A DNA stretch of 52,704 nt, from positions 1 to 52,704 of the forward strand of contig CAVRAO010000010.1 in assembly GCA_963719035.1 (NCBI GenBank), written 5' to 3'. The position numbers and the translations under genes were made by a program. This document shows positions 19,943 to 32,366 of the stretch, one piece after another. Under the pieces are notes generated by a model that worked only from the letters and a program-made list of their open reading frames with translations, made no database searches and was not told the DNA's origin. Every line of letters starts with the position of its first letter. Positions within the stretch are counted from its first letter, which is position 1. This stretch comes from Methanobacteriota archaeon (GTDB taxonomy: Archaea > Halobacteriota > Bog-38 > Methanoflorentales > Methanoflorentaceae).

Positions 19943-20193
19943 TGCGTGGCTCCGGTGATAATTTTTAGCACGCGTGCGTTAAGGACCACCACCCTGAACA
20001 ACGCTTCTAATATTAAACTTGACCACACTGAGGTAATGCTTGGAGCAAAGTGTTGTTTTCAATAAAGAAGCTTCTGCTATGTGCTAGAATTGGCGGCTAA
20101 TCGCGCAGTGCTCGCGTTTATGTATACGCCATCTCGATTCAGCAAGTATTAAGATTTGTCAAGCAAACAGACTGTTCGAGTGTTTCATCATCC

Positions 20194-20974
20194 ATGCTAG
20201 GAAGGGTTTTCGTGTCAAAAACAGACCTAAAGGCTGAATTCTATAGGAATAAAGACGATGCTTACTCGTCATGGATTCGATGGGACTTGATTCAACTGAT
20301 ACCAACAGGGGACCACAAGATTCTTGAAATCGGATGTGGTGCAGGTCACACTTTAAAAAAGCTAAAAGAGCTAGGTAAAGCTAAAGAAATTGTTGGAATA
20401 GAGATAAATGAACAACTTACCCAGGATTTGTCTGACAATTTAGACGGGTTATACGTCGGCGATGTAGAGATAATGGACCTGCCAAATACCGAAAAGTACC
20501 TTGATTACATACTTTTTGGAGATGTGCTCGAGCATTTAATCAATCCGAGGAGAGTGCTTCAACGTTGCAGGAGCTTGATGAGTGACGATGGGTTTGTGAT
20601 AGCTAGTATTCCCAACATCAAACATCATAGCATCCTCTTAAGGTTGATTTTGTTCGATGAGTTTCAAGTACACTGATGCTGGGCTTCTTGATAGGTCCCA
20701 TTTAAGGTTTTTCACAAAAAAGGAAATCGTCAAGATGTTTAACGACGAGAAATTTGACGTAATTGATCTTATCCCTCTCTACGATGGGGGGCCAGGTACA
20801 GGCTATAAGGACAAGCTATTTACATACCTGAATAGTAGCAGACTTTTCTCGTACCTAAGTAGCTTGGAGATTTTTTTTCTGTTCTTTTTGGATAGCTCGT
20901 TTTATGCTCGCCAGTACATTATAAAAGCAAAAAAGGAAAAGTCTGAAGCTGCCGCCATAACTGCGCAATTCTGA
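20194..20974 (+). CDS. Class I SAM methyltransferase, glycan-locus type (frameshift near 20663)
   Basis: ILEIGCGAG, DVLEHLINP, ASIPNIKH, joined to FKYTDAGLLDRSHLRFFT. Confidence 0.85.
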
Positions 20975-21139
20975 TCCTCTATTTAAAATCGAACTGCTTT
21001 AAGAAATAACAGAATTGTCGCCACTTTGGAGCTCCAACACGAAAATTTAATTTTAAGAGCTGCGCTTTACGTGTTTCATTCCTCGCGAGAAGTGACGTGG
21101 ATAAAAAAAAAGAAAAAACGCTTGTCCCATAGCTAGCAA

Positions 21140-21862
21140 ATGCTACGCCAAAAAGTTGGAAAATTGGTCATTGTCGGAGCAACTAAACTCTTTAACGTCA
21201 CCAATGTGGCCCAGCGAAGTTACATCGACGCGGATAAGACTGTCAAAGCAGCGGAACACGAGGCATATCCGTTTGTGAATACGTCGAGTTGCTTTGGGGA
21301 GAGGGGGGAAAGACTGATACCGTAATTAATGAACTTAAGAACTGGTGCGTTGCCCCCCAGTGATCAAGTCTGTGAAATCGGGCCTGGAACAGGGCGCTAT
21401 TTAGAGAGACTACGTGACATTGTCAAGGCATCTCACTATCAAATATACGAGATCGATACGCGATGGGCTTCATATTTAGAGGAGCAATACGGTCCAACTG
21501 TCGTCAATCAGCCAGCTAATGGAGCTGATCTGCGCTACACTACTGCCAATTCGTGCGGCGTTGTATGTGCCTTTGGCGTGTTTACGTATTTGAGCATCAT
21601 CGGCAGCTACAATTACTTCGATGAAATGATCCGGGTATGCAAACCTAACGGATATGTTATCTTCGACTGTTGTTTCGCCGAATCATGGGATTTGTCTTCG
21701 CTTCAGAATTGAAAGAATGCCGCGAAACATACCCTGTCATAACTGCTAGAGAGATTGCTACGGGCGTTATTTAGAGGACGCAAGTGTGAACCTGTGCACA
21801 CTTTCACAGCAGCATATGGGTGCGATGTTTCAACGTACGTTATATTTAAGAAAACACTCTGA
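21140..21862 (+). CDS. Class I SAM methyltransferase (several frameshifts; may be a pseudogene)
   Basis: Core VCEIGPGTGRYLE...GVFTYL...KPNGYVIFD. Flanks can be rebuilt only with about four shifts (ISVCEYVELLWG; STYVIFKKTL* ending at 21862). Confidence 0.65.
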
Positions 21863-22180
21863 GTTCCGCTTGCCCTTACAAATCTTTTTCCAAATCATGG
21901 ATATACCTAAAGACACTCTCAAACCGAGACCACCCGCGAAGAGATCATTTTGGGGGCCGGATAGAGGGTGTTTATATCGTAGCAAATGTGAACGGATTAT
22001 AACACTTGGCACGTCACGTGTTTAGCCTCAAACGTATAAACGGGGTCAAGATATTCTATTCTACAAAAAGAGTACGTAAGTTGCCCTAAAATCGGCTTAT
22101 GCTTCTTCTAAACGATACGTAGTGGGTTTGGGGGGGGTATTTGTGCAGTTTAAACTAGGGAGTGGGAGACCAAAAATAAG

Positions 22181-23429
22181 ATGAAAATCACTATTCTTTC
22201 GCCCGACTTGTCCCACAACTGTCTTGGTAGGGCATATTTGTTAGCTAAGATTTTGCAGAGAAGACATAAGGTGGAGGTTGTTGGGCCTCTTTTTGGTGAG
22301 GAGATCTGGCAACCAGTCATCGAAGATTCCAGCATCCCTTACAGATGGACGAAGTTAAACCAGGCCTTCCATCCCTCTTGGCATCTGAATGATCTACTGG
22401 CAAGCTTTACTCCTTATTCACAGTTAAATGAACTCGCTCGAACGATAGACGCTGACGCATTGTATGCGAGCAAGCCCCTTGTTACTAGCTTTGGATTGGG
22501 GTTGCTGAAAAAGTTGGGAAAGCATGTACCATTAGTCTTAGATATCGACGATTGGGAGACGGGATTTGTGAAGGGTTACAATATAAACGATTCTGCCGCG
22601 GATCCGACCTTGTCAAACCGGGGAAAACCCCGCAACCCAAGAAGGCGCTTAGGCTCCTTCTTGCTTTCCTTGCAACATATCTACGAATTCAGCTCTCCTT
22701 TAAACGCTCGATTAGGTGAGAAATTGACCAGGTTTGCGAATAGAATTACAGTGTCCAATACTTTTTTACGCGAGAAATTTGGTGGAGATATCGTCTATCA
22801 CGGTCGGGACACGCACGCTTTTGATCCGAATAAATTTGACAGAGAAACGCTCAGGACGAAGTACAATGTGCATGAAGATGACCAAATTGTCATGTTTCTT
22901 GGCTCCCCGATGCCTCATAAAGGCATAACAGATTTAATTCAATCAGTGGCTTCGATCAAAGATCACAACGTTAGACTGTTTTTGGCAGGGTTAAACGACA
23001 ACGACCCGTATTCTATTGGCGTGGCTCGGGCCGCGAAACAGGCACTACACGAAAGGTTTAGGGGCTTTGAAGAGATCCCTTTTGCACGTGTTCCAGAGAT
23101 TTTGACCCTTGCAGATGTGGTGGCAATACCTCAAAAACGAGACTTTGCGTCGATCGGACAGCTACCCGCGAAGGTTTTCGACGCAATGGCCATGGCAAAG
23201 CCAGTCGTTGCGACAGACGTGAATGACTTGCCCCTGATCCTGGATGGCTGCGGATTGATAGTTGAACCAGGAAACCCAGCTCAACTGGCAACAGCAATTA
23301 CTTACATTCTATCAAACCCTGACAAAGCGCACGAGATGGGACAATTGGCGAGAAAACGATGTGTCGAAAAATACAGCTGGGACTGCTCTGGAAAGTATAC
23401 TGGGTGAAGTATTCAAAAAGATTAGTTAA
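22181..23429 (+). CDS. GT4 glycosyltransferase (C-terminal frameshift near 23385)
   Basis: GSPMPHKG, PAKVFDAMAMAKPVVATDV, KYSWD. A shifted frame ends LESILGEVFKKIS* at 23429. Confidence 0.88.
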
Positions 23430-23573
23430 CTTCCATCTTTTTGCTCACATGTCCAGTACCATAAGTCCGCTTTTTTAAACCAAGGGGGCCACAGAGCGCA
23501 AATATGAAAACGTAGCTGTAATCATAAAAGGTAGAAGAAAAAGCACACCGGTATAGAGGACAACAGGTAGTAG

Positions 23574-24512
23574 ATGCGACAAGCCGTTAAAGAGATACTC
23601 GGGCAGGCACGGCAATTTTACATAGAACAGATGCGCTCCAACTGGCCGCCATCACCTTCATCTCCGGATTCTTCTCCTCGCGTAAACGTGGCGGTAGTCA
23701 TTGTAAATTGGAATACCAGGGAATTATTGGCCGCCTTGCTTTTTTCACTCTGCCGCATTGTAGGCCGTGAACAGATCACACGAATTGTCGTCGTGGACAA
23801 CAATTCCACTGATGGCTCGCGCTTGTTGCTGAAATCACTGGCGGACGCAGGGTTGATTGACGTCGTTTTTAACAATGACCAGCGGTATCATGGACCAGGC
23901 CTTAACGATGGCATTCGATTTCTTGAGCGCCTGCAGCGAAACCCGATACGGCCCGAAGATGCAACCGATTACATCTGGGTGCTCGATTCGGACGTAATCG
24001 GTACTGCGCGATGATGTGATCAATGATGCTATTGCCGCTATGCGCAGCTCCAACTCCGCGCTGTGCGGTCAGTTTCAGACTGATTCAATGCCAGAGGGAT
24101 ACGCTGATATTAGCAGTATCATTTTTGACCCGTTAAAGATTTGGCGGCGGGGTTTCAGCCCGTTCGAGGAACATGGCGTACCGGGCTGGCAATGCAAAGA
24201 TCCTTGATTCGCCAGGGCGTTAATCGCTTTGATTTCCCATTCCGCGCTCGCGGGTACCTGATTCACTTTGGCCGCGGGACGCTGCGTATTATCCGCGAAA
24301 AACAAGACCGGTCGAATAAGTACTTTGCATGGGCAGCCGATCACTGGGAGAGCCACTATGGTGGCGATTCGAATGCCAGATACCTATATGAGGAGTTTCA
24401 GACAGTATTTGCAAAAGAAGTCCCCGACCTTTCGCTGAAATCTTTTGCCGAAGTCTGTTTACTACCGCAGCGTATTCGCCTGCGGCGCCCTTACACAATC
24501 ATCATCGATTGA
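23574..24512 (+). CDS. GT2 glycosyltransferase (frameshifts near 24000 and 24187)
   Basis: VVIVNWNT, VVDNNSTDGS, HGPGLN, WVLDSDV, then YLIHFGRGTL in the downstream frame. Confidence 0.78.
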
Positions 24513-24605
24513 TGGGAACCCTTTCCCTTTAAGACATGCTCATAGCTAGGAACCCGTTTTAAACTGCGAGTTAACGCATGTAAAAAAAAACGGAAACCTA
24601 AGTAG

Positions 24606-25648
24606 TTATATGAATGTTATCATACTGGGGTATTTTTTCATAATCAATCCCGCAAAAAAGCCCCCCAAAAAGTTACTGACGATGTCCCATCGCAATGTTC
24701 GTCCCAGATTAATCAGGTTATAGATCGGGAAATAAAGTATAAACGAAAGAAACTGTAGCGCAGTCGCGTAACGCCGCATAAACAGAACGGTGTTACGTGT
24801 AGGACAATATATTGAAAACTTAAGCGCCTTTCTAGTCGACGACGCGCTTTTATGCCAAATTGAACTTCGTAAGGTGCACACAACCTTGTATCCTGCTTTA
24901 GTTATTCGAAAACACCAGTCCTTTTCCTCTGCGTACAGGAAATAAATCGGATCGAGCATCCCTACCTCTTCTATGACACTTCTTTTTGCGAGGAGGCATG
25001 CGCCGTAAACATAGTCTACTCGCAAAAGGTAACTCTCATCTGAGCAAGCCAGCTCATCAACAGTTCTTCGATGATTGAGTGGAACGCCCCACCCTGTCCA
25101 AAAGTTTTGACAGGCGCCCGTTGTTTGAATTACTTGAGGCTCATCGTAGAAGCATATTTTTGGGCCCACAACACCGATCTTGCCTTCACTTTGCGCTGTC
25201 TTGACCAGTTCTGTCAGGAATTCAGGGTCAACTACGGTATCATTGTTGAGTAAAAGAATATATTCGGCATCTGTTTCGAAAGCATAACGAATTCCGATGT
25301 TGTTCCCTTCAGCAAAACCGAAGTTTTTTTCGTTCTTGACTAGTATGAGTCTCTCTATGCTCTGAAGAAGTCTTTTTCTGCAATTCAGGACCAGGGGCCG
25401 TATCTCGCTAGGTATTCTATGAGCTCAACTGGCTGGTGTTGATGAAAAGCTGAGAGAAAATTAGATTTAACGCGAAGCTTACCTTCACAGTAGTCTCTAA
25501 TCTTCTGAATTGAATCGTCTTCAGAGGCGTTATCAACGACGATGACTTCATAGTCGACGTAGTTTATTCGAAACAGCGACTCGAGACACTCGGTAGTGTC
25601 TTCCCATCCGTTCCAGTTTAATATTATGATTGCGACTTTAGAATTCAT
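24606..25648 (-). CDS. GT2 glycosyltransferase, WbbL/WsaD-like (frameshift near 25400)
   Basis: [29 protein letters not shown]...LLNNDT is in frame with ORF 24606..25169 ([19 protein letters not shown]). Confidence 0.85.
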
Positions 25649-26109
25649 CGCGCTGCCGAATTGTAGTTTGCTTATGTGCTCTTGCCACCGCTGCAACGAC
25701 ACTAAGTGAGCGTATCAATAGACTGCATACAGCGCATCTTTTCTCAAAGCGAAAAAGTAAGTTGAGCGGCATCCCGATGAGGCTCGAATTGCGCTTAAAG
25801 TAGATTTCATGCCAGTGTTATCGCTGCGTGACAGCCGACGTGTGCACCGGAGAACCGATTACGCCTAGCTCTGTTCATGCTCATATTTTGGATCTATCTT
25901 AGTTTTATCGCTCTTTTGGCTCGCTCTACACTCTGCCCGACAAACACTATTTAAGCATCTCGCCTCTACAAACTCAGCACATTCGTATTAGCTTTTCGCG
26001 ATGCGACATTAAGGGCTTTTTCAGCTGGTCTATCTATTGCTGCTTGCTAGAAGCTGCTTCGGCAGCTATATGAGGACTTAACACAGTCCTCCTTGAGTTG
26101 CCGACGACC

Positions 26110-27114
26110 ATGGATCCCCCAAGAGTAACCGTTTTGCTCCCGGTCTACAATGGTGAGCGCTTCTTGCAACTGGCAATTAATAGCGTGTTCGATCAGACTT
26201 GGAAAGATTTTGAGTTACTAGTAGTAAACGACGGATCAAATGACGGCACGTCTGCGATATTGGAGTGTTACCGCAACCCACGCTTGCGAGTCGTCACGAA
26301 TGAAAGAAATATTGGGGTAACGCGTTCCCTTAACCGAGGCCTCCGCTGCGCCCGAGGGGATTATATTGCGCGCATAGATGCGGATGACCTCGCCTTGCCT
26401 GAGCGGTTAGCTAAACAAGTGCAGTATCTTGAGCATCATCCAGTGGTGGGGTTGGTAGCAAGCGCATCGGCGATTATCGACGACGCTGGGGCAACTATGA
26501 GCGTTGACGACTCCAAGTTGACTCCTGAGCAGCTGTATTATGTGTTAACGTTTTCAAACTGTATCGTTAACTCTTCGGTAACCTTCAGAAGAGAACTCAT
26601 TATTGGGATTGGCGGCTACGATGAGTCGATAAAACTTGCCCCCGATTACGATCTTTGGCTAAGGGTGTCTCGCCACAGAATGATCGTCAAGCTTGATAAG
26701 GTGCTAGCTAAGTGGAGGGACACAGACACAGGCATATCAAATCGCCTAAAAGCAGAACAATCGGCGTACGCTGAAAAAACTTTTTTAAAGAACATGAGGA
26801 ATTTGATGGGCAACAGCATCAACGTTGATGAAACGCTATGCTTTCACGGCGTTGGTTTTCGCGAAAAACGCTTTAACATCACGTACGGCTCACTTTTGCT
26901 GCTCGAACGGATACATGAACGATTGCTAGCAGCTTGTCCGGAAGGATTGCACGAAACAGAAATCGAGAAATATGGTAACTATACTATAGGGCGCTACGTG
27001 GCCTTGATGATAATAAATGCTCGATTGCGTGACACGTTGAACGCGCTACGAAATGTAAGATATCGCCGCTTTTTAGTCAATTTCATCGTTCAAAAACTGA
27101 CACTAAACCGATGA
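26110..27114 (+). CDS. GT2 glycosyltransferase
   Basis: VLLPVYNGE, VVNDGSND, ARIDADD, DYDLWLR. Intact. Confidence 0.92.
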   Translation: MDPPRVTVLLPVYNGERFLQLAINSVFDQTWKDFELLVVNDGSNDGTSAILECYRNPRLRVVTNERNIGVTRSLNRGLRCARGDYIARIDADDLALPERLAKQVQYLEHHPVVGLVASASAIIDDAGATMSVDDSKLTPEQLYYVLTFSNCIVNSSVTFRRELIIGIGGYDESIKLAPDYDLWLRVSRHRMIVKLDKVLAKWRDTDTGISNRLKAEQSAYAEKTFLKNMRNLMGNSINVDETLCFHGVGFREKRFNITYGSLLLLERIHERLLAACPEGLHETEIEKYGNYTIGRYVALMIINARLRDTLNALRNVRYRRFLVNFIVQKLTLNR

Positions 27115-27219
27115 TTAGCGCTCGAATGAGTCACTCAGTTTATGCTCTTTTTGGCCATACTGTGATAGCTTTCGATATAAGACTCTCAAAGAAAAGTGCT
27201 ATCGTGCAAGCGTTTAGGA

Positions 27220-28165
27220 TTAGGTGGCGCTGAATCTTGACTCTTTAAATATCAAACGGTTATAAGCTTTGGTGCCAAGTTGTCTTGTGAGATGGTACGT
27301 CCTCTCGCCGAACATCGTTGACAATGCGAGAAGAAACGTCACCGCATTTTTATCATCCATCTTAAATGCTTTTAGCATATACGCTTTGCAGCGGTTGAAA
27401 TCGCCTGCAGCGTCAAAAAGAAATGCAGCAATCCTATAGTGCCATGCCAAACCGCTTCTTCCGATAAACTGCAACATATCGTTTCGGTGTTTTTCCACTA
27501 CATAAACATAGTCAAGTGCTGCCCTGATTTTGTTTTTTTGAAGGGAATTCGGATCATCTTGGAAGTAGTTAACGCACGGCTGATTGACTGTGGTGAAGTC
27601 AAATAGCTTGGAAAGGGATATACACGTGTCCCAATCCGCGTATGCCGAAATACTCTCGTCCACAAAGCCAATTTGCCTGAACCACTCTCGAGGCACGAGC
27701 ATACAGCCGTGCGACGGCCCATCTCTAGCAAGCAGTTCAGGATATACGTATCCCTCGTATTGTCTTTCGAACAATCTCAATCTTGTTCTTTTTCCATTTT
27801 CGACCAACCACATGCCCGTCAAAACAACGCAGTCGGCCCCTTTCTTGTTGATTGCCTCGAGTTGAAGCTCAATTTTTTCGGGAATCCACGTATCATCCGA
27901 GTCTAAGAATGCAATGTAATCTCCGCGTGCGTTTTTTATTCCGGTATTGCGTGCGGCTTGGTGCCCCCTATTTTTTTCGTGGCGTATATAACGCACTTGC
28001 GGATATTGGAAAAAGGTCTTTACCACATCGAAGGTTTCGTCAGTTGATCCATCATCGACGATGAGTATTTCAAAATCTCTATACGTCTGGCTGAGCGCAC
28101 TCCCTATGCTTCGTCGTATGACCCATGCTCGGTTAAACGTTGGTATGACAATACTAAGCTTTCAC
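27220..28165 (-). CDS. GT2 glycosyltransferase (one extra base just after the start)
   Basis: The ORF extends upstream in frame to KLSIVIPTFNRAW...IVDDGSTD; the GTG at 28165 is out of frame by one base. AARNTGI, FLDSDD. Confidence 0.88.
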
Positions 28166-28560
28166 CAAGCAAACCATCCTCTGATTGCCAAATAGACGCT
28201 CTTTTCACGCATAGCGACACGGCTTTTTTGGCTCGCGTACACTCACATGTCTCGTTACAGCAAACATAAAACTTCTCTCTCAAGATATGGGAATAAACCG
28301 GGAGTGACTTACGCTTTAACCTTCGAATCTTCTTAGCATATCTACCAGGATAATCACGTAAGCTGTTCCAGTTTGCCTAGGCCGATTATGTTGAATTGGT
28401 GGTTTCACATATTCTCACGCTCGCCGATAGCGAGAAGGCGAAAAACGTTCTGACGTGTGCTATCTGCGGCTTTTTGCTCGCGTTGCAACGAGGACCCCCG
28501 CAGTGCGCAAATAGTAACGGTTACACACGTAGCTTTGCGACAAGTATTTTTGTCCCTGGC

Positions 28561-29488
28561 TCACACCGCAGTCTTTTTCCAAAACTGGCGACTCGGCAGC
28601 TGGTTATCTTGAATCAATCCGTCACGTATGCCCCTCAGAAAAGCGCGGAATGCTTTTGCGTTTTTTTCGAAGAATAGAAAACGGAATACTGTGATACCAA
28701 AATGCACCCATAAAAAAGAACAGGTAGAACTGCGTGCGCGCCCACCAGGAAGCGTAAGCTCTCTCGATCCAGAATCGATTTCTTGTTATATAGTACGTTT
28801 GGAAGCCTACTACTTGTCGGCTGGTGTGCCCCTCTTTGTGCCAGACTTTCGCCGTCAAAACACAGACGGTCCCAAATCCAGCCCTCTTTGCACGAAAACA
28901 TAAATCAACGTCCTCCCAATACGCGAAATACTCAGGATTGAAAAAGCCGATGCGCTGAAATAGGGCTGTTTTTGCAAGGAACATGCTAACAAAGTCTACG
29001 TTGATGGCTTTAGGACGTGACTTACGGTCTATTTCGTCGGCTCTTACATTGTGCGCGCGCCCGATATTCCACTGCATCATATTTCCAGCCGCTTGGACAG
29101 CTGTAGGATCCTCTACATGATACAAGATCGGCCCGGCAATGCCTATCGACCCATCATCTTCTAAAGTAGCTATTAGTTCGTTTAAAACGCTCCGTTCGAA
29201 CGTTACGTCATTATTCAAAACGAATAGATAGTCAACGCTGCTCTCTATAGCATATCGGATGCCAATATTTTGACCCTCGGCATAACCCAGGTTTGTCTCA
29301 TTTTCAATTAGATGTACTTCAGGGAAATTTTGCTGAACAAAACCCTGTGAGCCGTCTGTAGAGCCATTGTCAACCACGATGATGTTGTAGTTCGGATAAT
29401 CTAATTTGCCGGCTGAGCGGAGGCATTCCTCTAAAACGTCCTTTCCGTTCCAATTCAAGATGATAAGGCTCACTTTTGGAATTATCAT
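28561..29488 (-). CDS. GT2 glycosyltransferase, WbbL/WsaD-like (probable C-terminal frameshift near 28682)
   Basis: LIILNWNG, VDNGSTD, NLGYAEGQN, LNNDV, YWEDVDLC, YYITRNR. A shifted frame gives FLRGIRDGL... ending at 28561; the as-read stop is 28622. Confidence 0.88.
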
Positions 29489-29650
29489 GTGGGTTTGTTA
29501 ATTATGCTGTAATCGTTAGTACATGCAATTTACATATTTCTAAGTGAAATTCGAGGCTGTCGGAAACCGTCGTCTCTCGAGCTGGTCTGCTTTAGAACTA
29601 CGGCGGTATCCAAACTGACTGACTGAAATTAAGCTAGTTGAGGATAATAG

Positions 29651-30485
29651 CTATATCGGCCCTAATTGAACGTCGTCAACGGCAAGATCGCTAGAGCCAA
29701 CCTCATCGTGGTTGAAAGCTTTTTTGATAAAAACGATTGAACTCATTATAACCATTTTTTCGAATTTTGATCTCCTAGCTGGTTTCCCTTTCTGCGTTCC
29801 TTTTGTAGCATCCTGCCGCAGCCTGCTCATCGACAAGCTGTTTAATAAATCCAACCATTCCGTAACAATGGCCGCGCATTGGTAACTTCAGACCTAATTT
29901 TCCCATTATCTTCAAAAAAAACAGCCAAAACCGAGTCCGTGCAAACTTTTGCTGAGCATATGATTCAAGGTTGAGCCTCTTACCATCGGGCCAATCGCCC
30001 CAGTAGCCGGTGCCCCAATCCTCAATAACATAAAGTCCATTTGGCTTAAGGTGGTTGTCAAATAGATGCCAAAACGCAGTTTTTGTTGGCTCACCGACAT
30101 GCGAAGCATCATCGATAATGATGTCAAACCCTTCAGGCGCCATTTTATTTGCAACCTGCGAAAGGAATTGAAGATCAGCTTGGTTCCCCTCAAAAATGTG
30201 AATGCGTTCGCCAGGGTCAAAACTCTCTGGAAGTTTAATGTCAATACCGACGATAGTTCCGAATGGAAAATAATCCCGCCATAGTTTGAGCGAACCCCCT
30301 TTTAGAACCCCAAGTTCGAGAAGAGCGATTTTCTTGTCGATGTATGGTTTAAAAACTTGATCGTATTTTTTTAGATGATCATTGTTTATCTTATCTGAAT
30401 CGTACTCGTCTAAAGACAATTCTAAGCTTCGCAAAATTGTTCTTCCTCTTGTTAAGCCATATTGTTGGTAATTTGTATAAAGCAT
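29651..30485 (-). CDS. Class I SAM methyltransferase, MycE/TylE-like sugar O-methyltransferase (frameshift near 29815)
   Basis: LLELGV.KGGSLKLWRDYFP, DIIIDDASH, LYVIED, GFIKQLVD. The C-terminus continues in ORF 29651..29854. True start may be a TTG near 30420. Confidence 0.82.
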
Positions 30486-30884
30486 GCAACTTAAGCATTT
30501 TTTTTACTTATCCTTAGATAAGATTGAGCAGTTTTCGTTTGCAGCTCTATTTGACTAAAGCCCATAAACATTTCAAAAGACTTCGGCGACTAGAAATTAA
30601 AAAAGAAGTGCCCTGGACTCGCTCTTCTGGTTTTTCGCGTTCTTCATTCACTAGGTTTAGATTGACATTTTAGCACGCAAGTCCTCTAGGTTCATGATAG
30701 TGGGACCGAGACCGTTGAACCAACATATTCCCAAGAGCCATTGTTGATACCCACAACATAAGAGAGAATAATCCAGTTCGCTGACAGAGCGTAGGATTCT
30801 GGAAATACATCCCTAATGACAAGGAACAGAGAGATAATGGACAGATTAGCGGCACAGAACAACCTCTAGACGTAAGCTGTCGAA

Positions 30885-32000
30885 TCATCGTCCAATTGTG
30901 CTGCTATAGGTTTCAAGGTAGTCGTTTGCTACGTCGTCCCATACTTGCACTTTTCTGCTCAGTTGTCCAACAACAGTTGTGGAATTGACGTGCCGTATCA
31001 AGTTGGCGAGAGCCTCATCGTCAGGCGGATAGTCAAGACCGAAACACCCAGGCTCGTCCAAAAACTCAGTCAGAGCAGACGTCTTGCTTACAATGCAAGG
31101 CGTTCCGTGGGCGAGTGCTTCAGCCACAACAAGCCCGTATGATTCCATGCGCGAAAGTAGTATCAGTATATCGGCTTTGGCGTATTCCTTATCGAGAGCC
31201 TCAGGTGGGAGACGAGCGAGCCACGTAACTTCCCGTTCGAGACCAAGTCGCTTGATGCGGTTTTTAAGTTCGTTAACATACTCACCTTCCCCAATAATCG
31301 TAAGAGACGAATCAACTTGATGTTCATCCTTTAATTTTGCCATCGCACTGAGGATGAATTGTATCCCCTTGTATTCAACGACCCTCCCAACGTAAAGAAG
31401 CGAAATGCGGTCTCCTTTCTCTCTCTCTTTTCGTTTTCTTTCTATTTTTTCAACGCCAATGGGGATCGTCCAAATCTTTTCGCGCGGAACAGACAAGTGA
31501 CGCTGGAGCAAGGTTGATTCGTAGTCTGATACGCAGATGACTGCATCCACCTGTCGAAGCATCCATTTTCCGAATGGGAGCAGCATCTTGTGTAAAATGT
31601 TCGCGATATTCGTTCTGCCAGACCCGTGATAGTAAGGCGAACATACTATTTTTTGGCTCGGATTTACAACTTTCTTTATGAGGACAACCATTTGCAGAGT
31701 TAGCAGAGACCAATAGCCGTGTATGTGAACGACGTCGAAAGTACTAAAAGCGCGCCGATTTCGTAGAGTGTACACGAGCATTTCTGGACTGAAATCGAAA
31801 AGCCGCTTGCTTAAACGCGCAGAAAATCGCTTGATATAAACGCGATTGAGCTCTTCCTCCTCTTGTGCCCCGCACGTGTTTAGCGTCAAGAGAGAACACA
31901 GGTGACCTCGCCGAGCGAGGCGTTCGGTCACCACCTTCACAACGACCTCCAAGCCTCCAATGCAGGGATCATAGCTCGGAGTAATGACCAATATTTTCAT
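30885..32000 (-). CDS. GT4 glycosyltransferase
   Basis: MKILVITPSY..IGGLE, YVGRVVEYKG, ESYGLVVAEALAHGTP. Confidence 0.93.
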   Translation of the reverse strand: MKILVITPSYDPCIGGLEVVVKVVTERLARRGHLCSLLTLNTCGAQEEEELNRVYIKRFSARLSKRLFDFSPEMLVYTLRNRRAFSTFDVVHIHGYWSLLTLQMVVLIKKVVNPSQKIVCSPYYHGSGRTNIANILHKMLLPFGKWMLRQVDAVICVSDYESTLLQRHLSVPREKIWTIPIGVEKIERKRKEREKGDRISLLYVGRVVEYKGIQFILSAMAKLKDEHQVDSSLTIIGEGEYVNELKNRIKRLGLEREVTWLARLPPEALDKEYAKADILILLSRMESYGLVVAEALAHGTPCIVSKTSALTEFLDEPGCFGLDYPPDDEALANLIRHVNSTTVVGQLSRKVQVWDDVANDYLETYSSTIGR

Positions 32001-32366
32001 GCGAATCACCGTGTTTCGACAGTCCCTGTGACGACAGGTAAGCAACAACATGTTCCGCGTTGTTGCTCTTTTGACATAACTCAGAGCACCCTATTACCGT
32101 AAATCTTGTCCCCGCTATGCCAATCTTTAGGCATCTAGTTTCTCGTCAAGGCGTATGACGTTACCGAGTTAGGCGCTGTGTGTCCTTCACAATTGCAGGC
32201 ACTGGCTCGTGAGCTACCAAGCGTTAGAATCTAAGGAGCGTCTTCTTGATACAGTTGAACGGAAAAAAGGAGAAGTTCTGAGGGTATAATAACTCAAAAG
32301 GCGAAACAGCAATCTTTATGTCATCAGCACGGAGATACAAACAAGCTGAGGGGAAAAACTCACGTA

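Noticed and set aside
21700-21745. TGA or TAG read-through (selenocysteine, pyrrolysine or alternative code) to explain broken genes
   Set aside because: Coding sense resumes in a different frame, not after the stop, and TGA and TAG end many intact genes here.
1007-22137. C8 (1007-1014) and G8 (22130-22137) tracts as phase-variation switches
   Set aside because: They are intergenic and short, do not coincide with the frameshifts, and cannot be shown to vary from one sequence.
30670-30888. 72-aa ORF overlapping the GT4 stop
   Set aside because: No motifs and ambiguous frame; could be a gene remnant but is unsupported.
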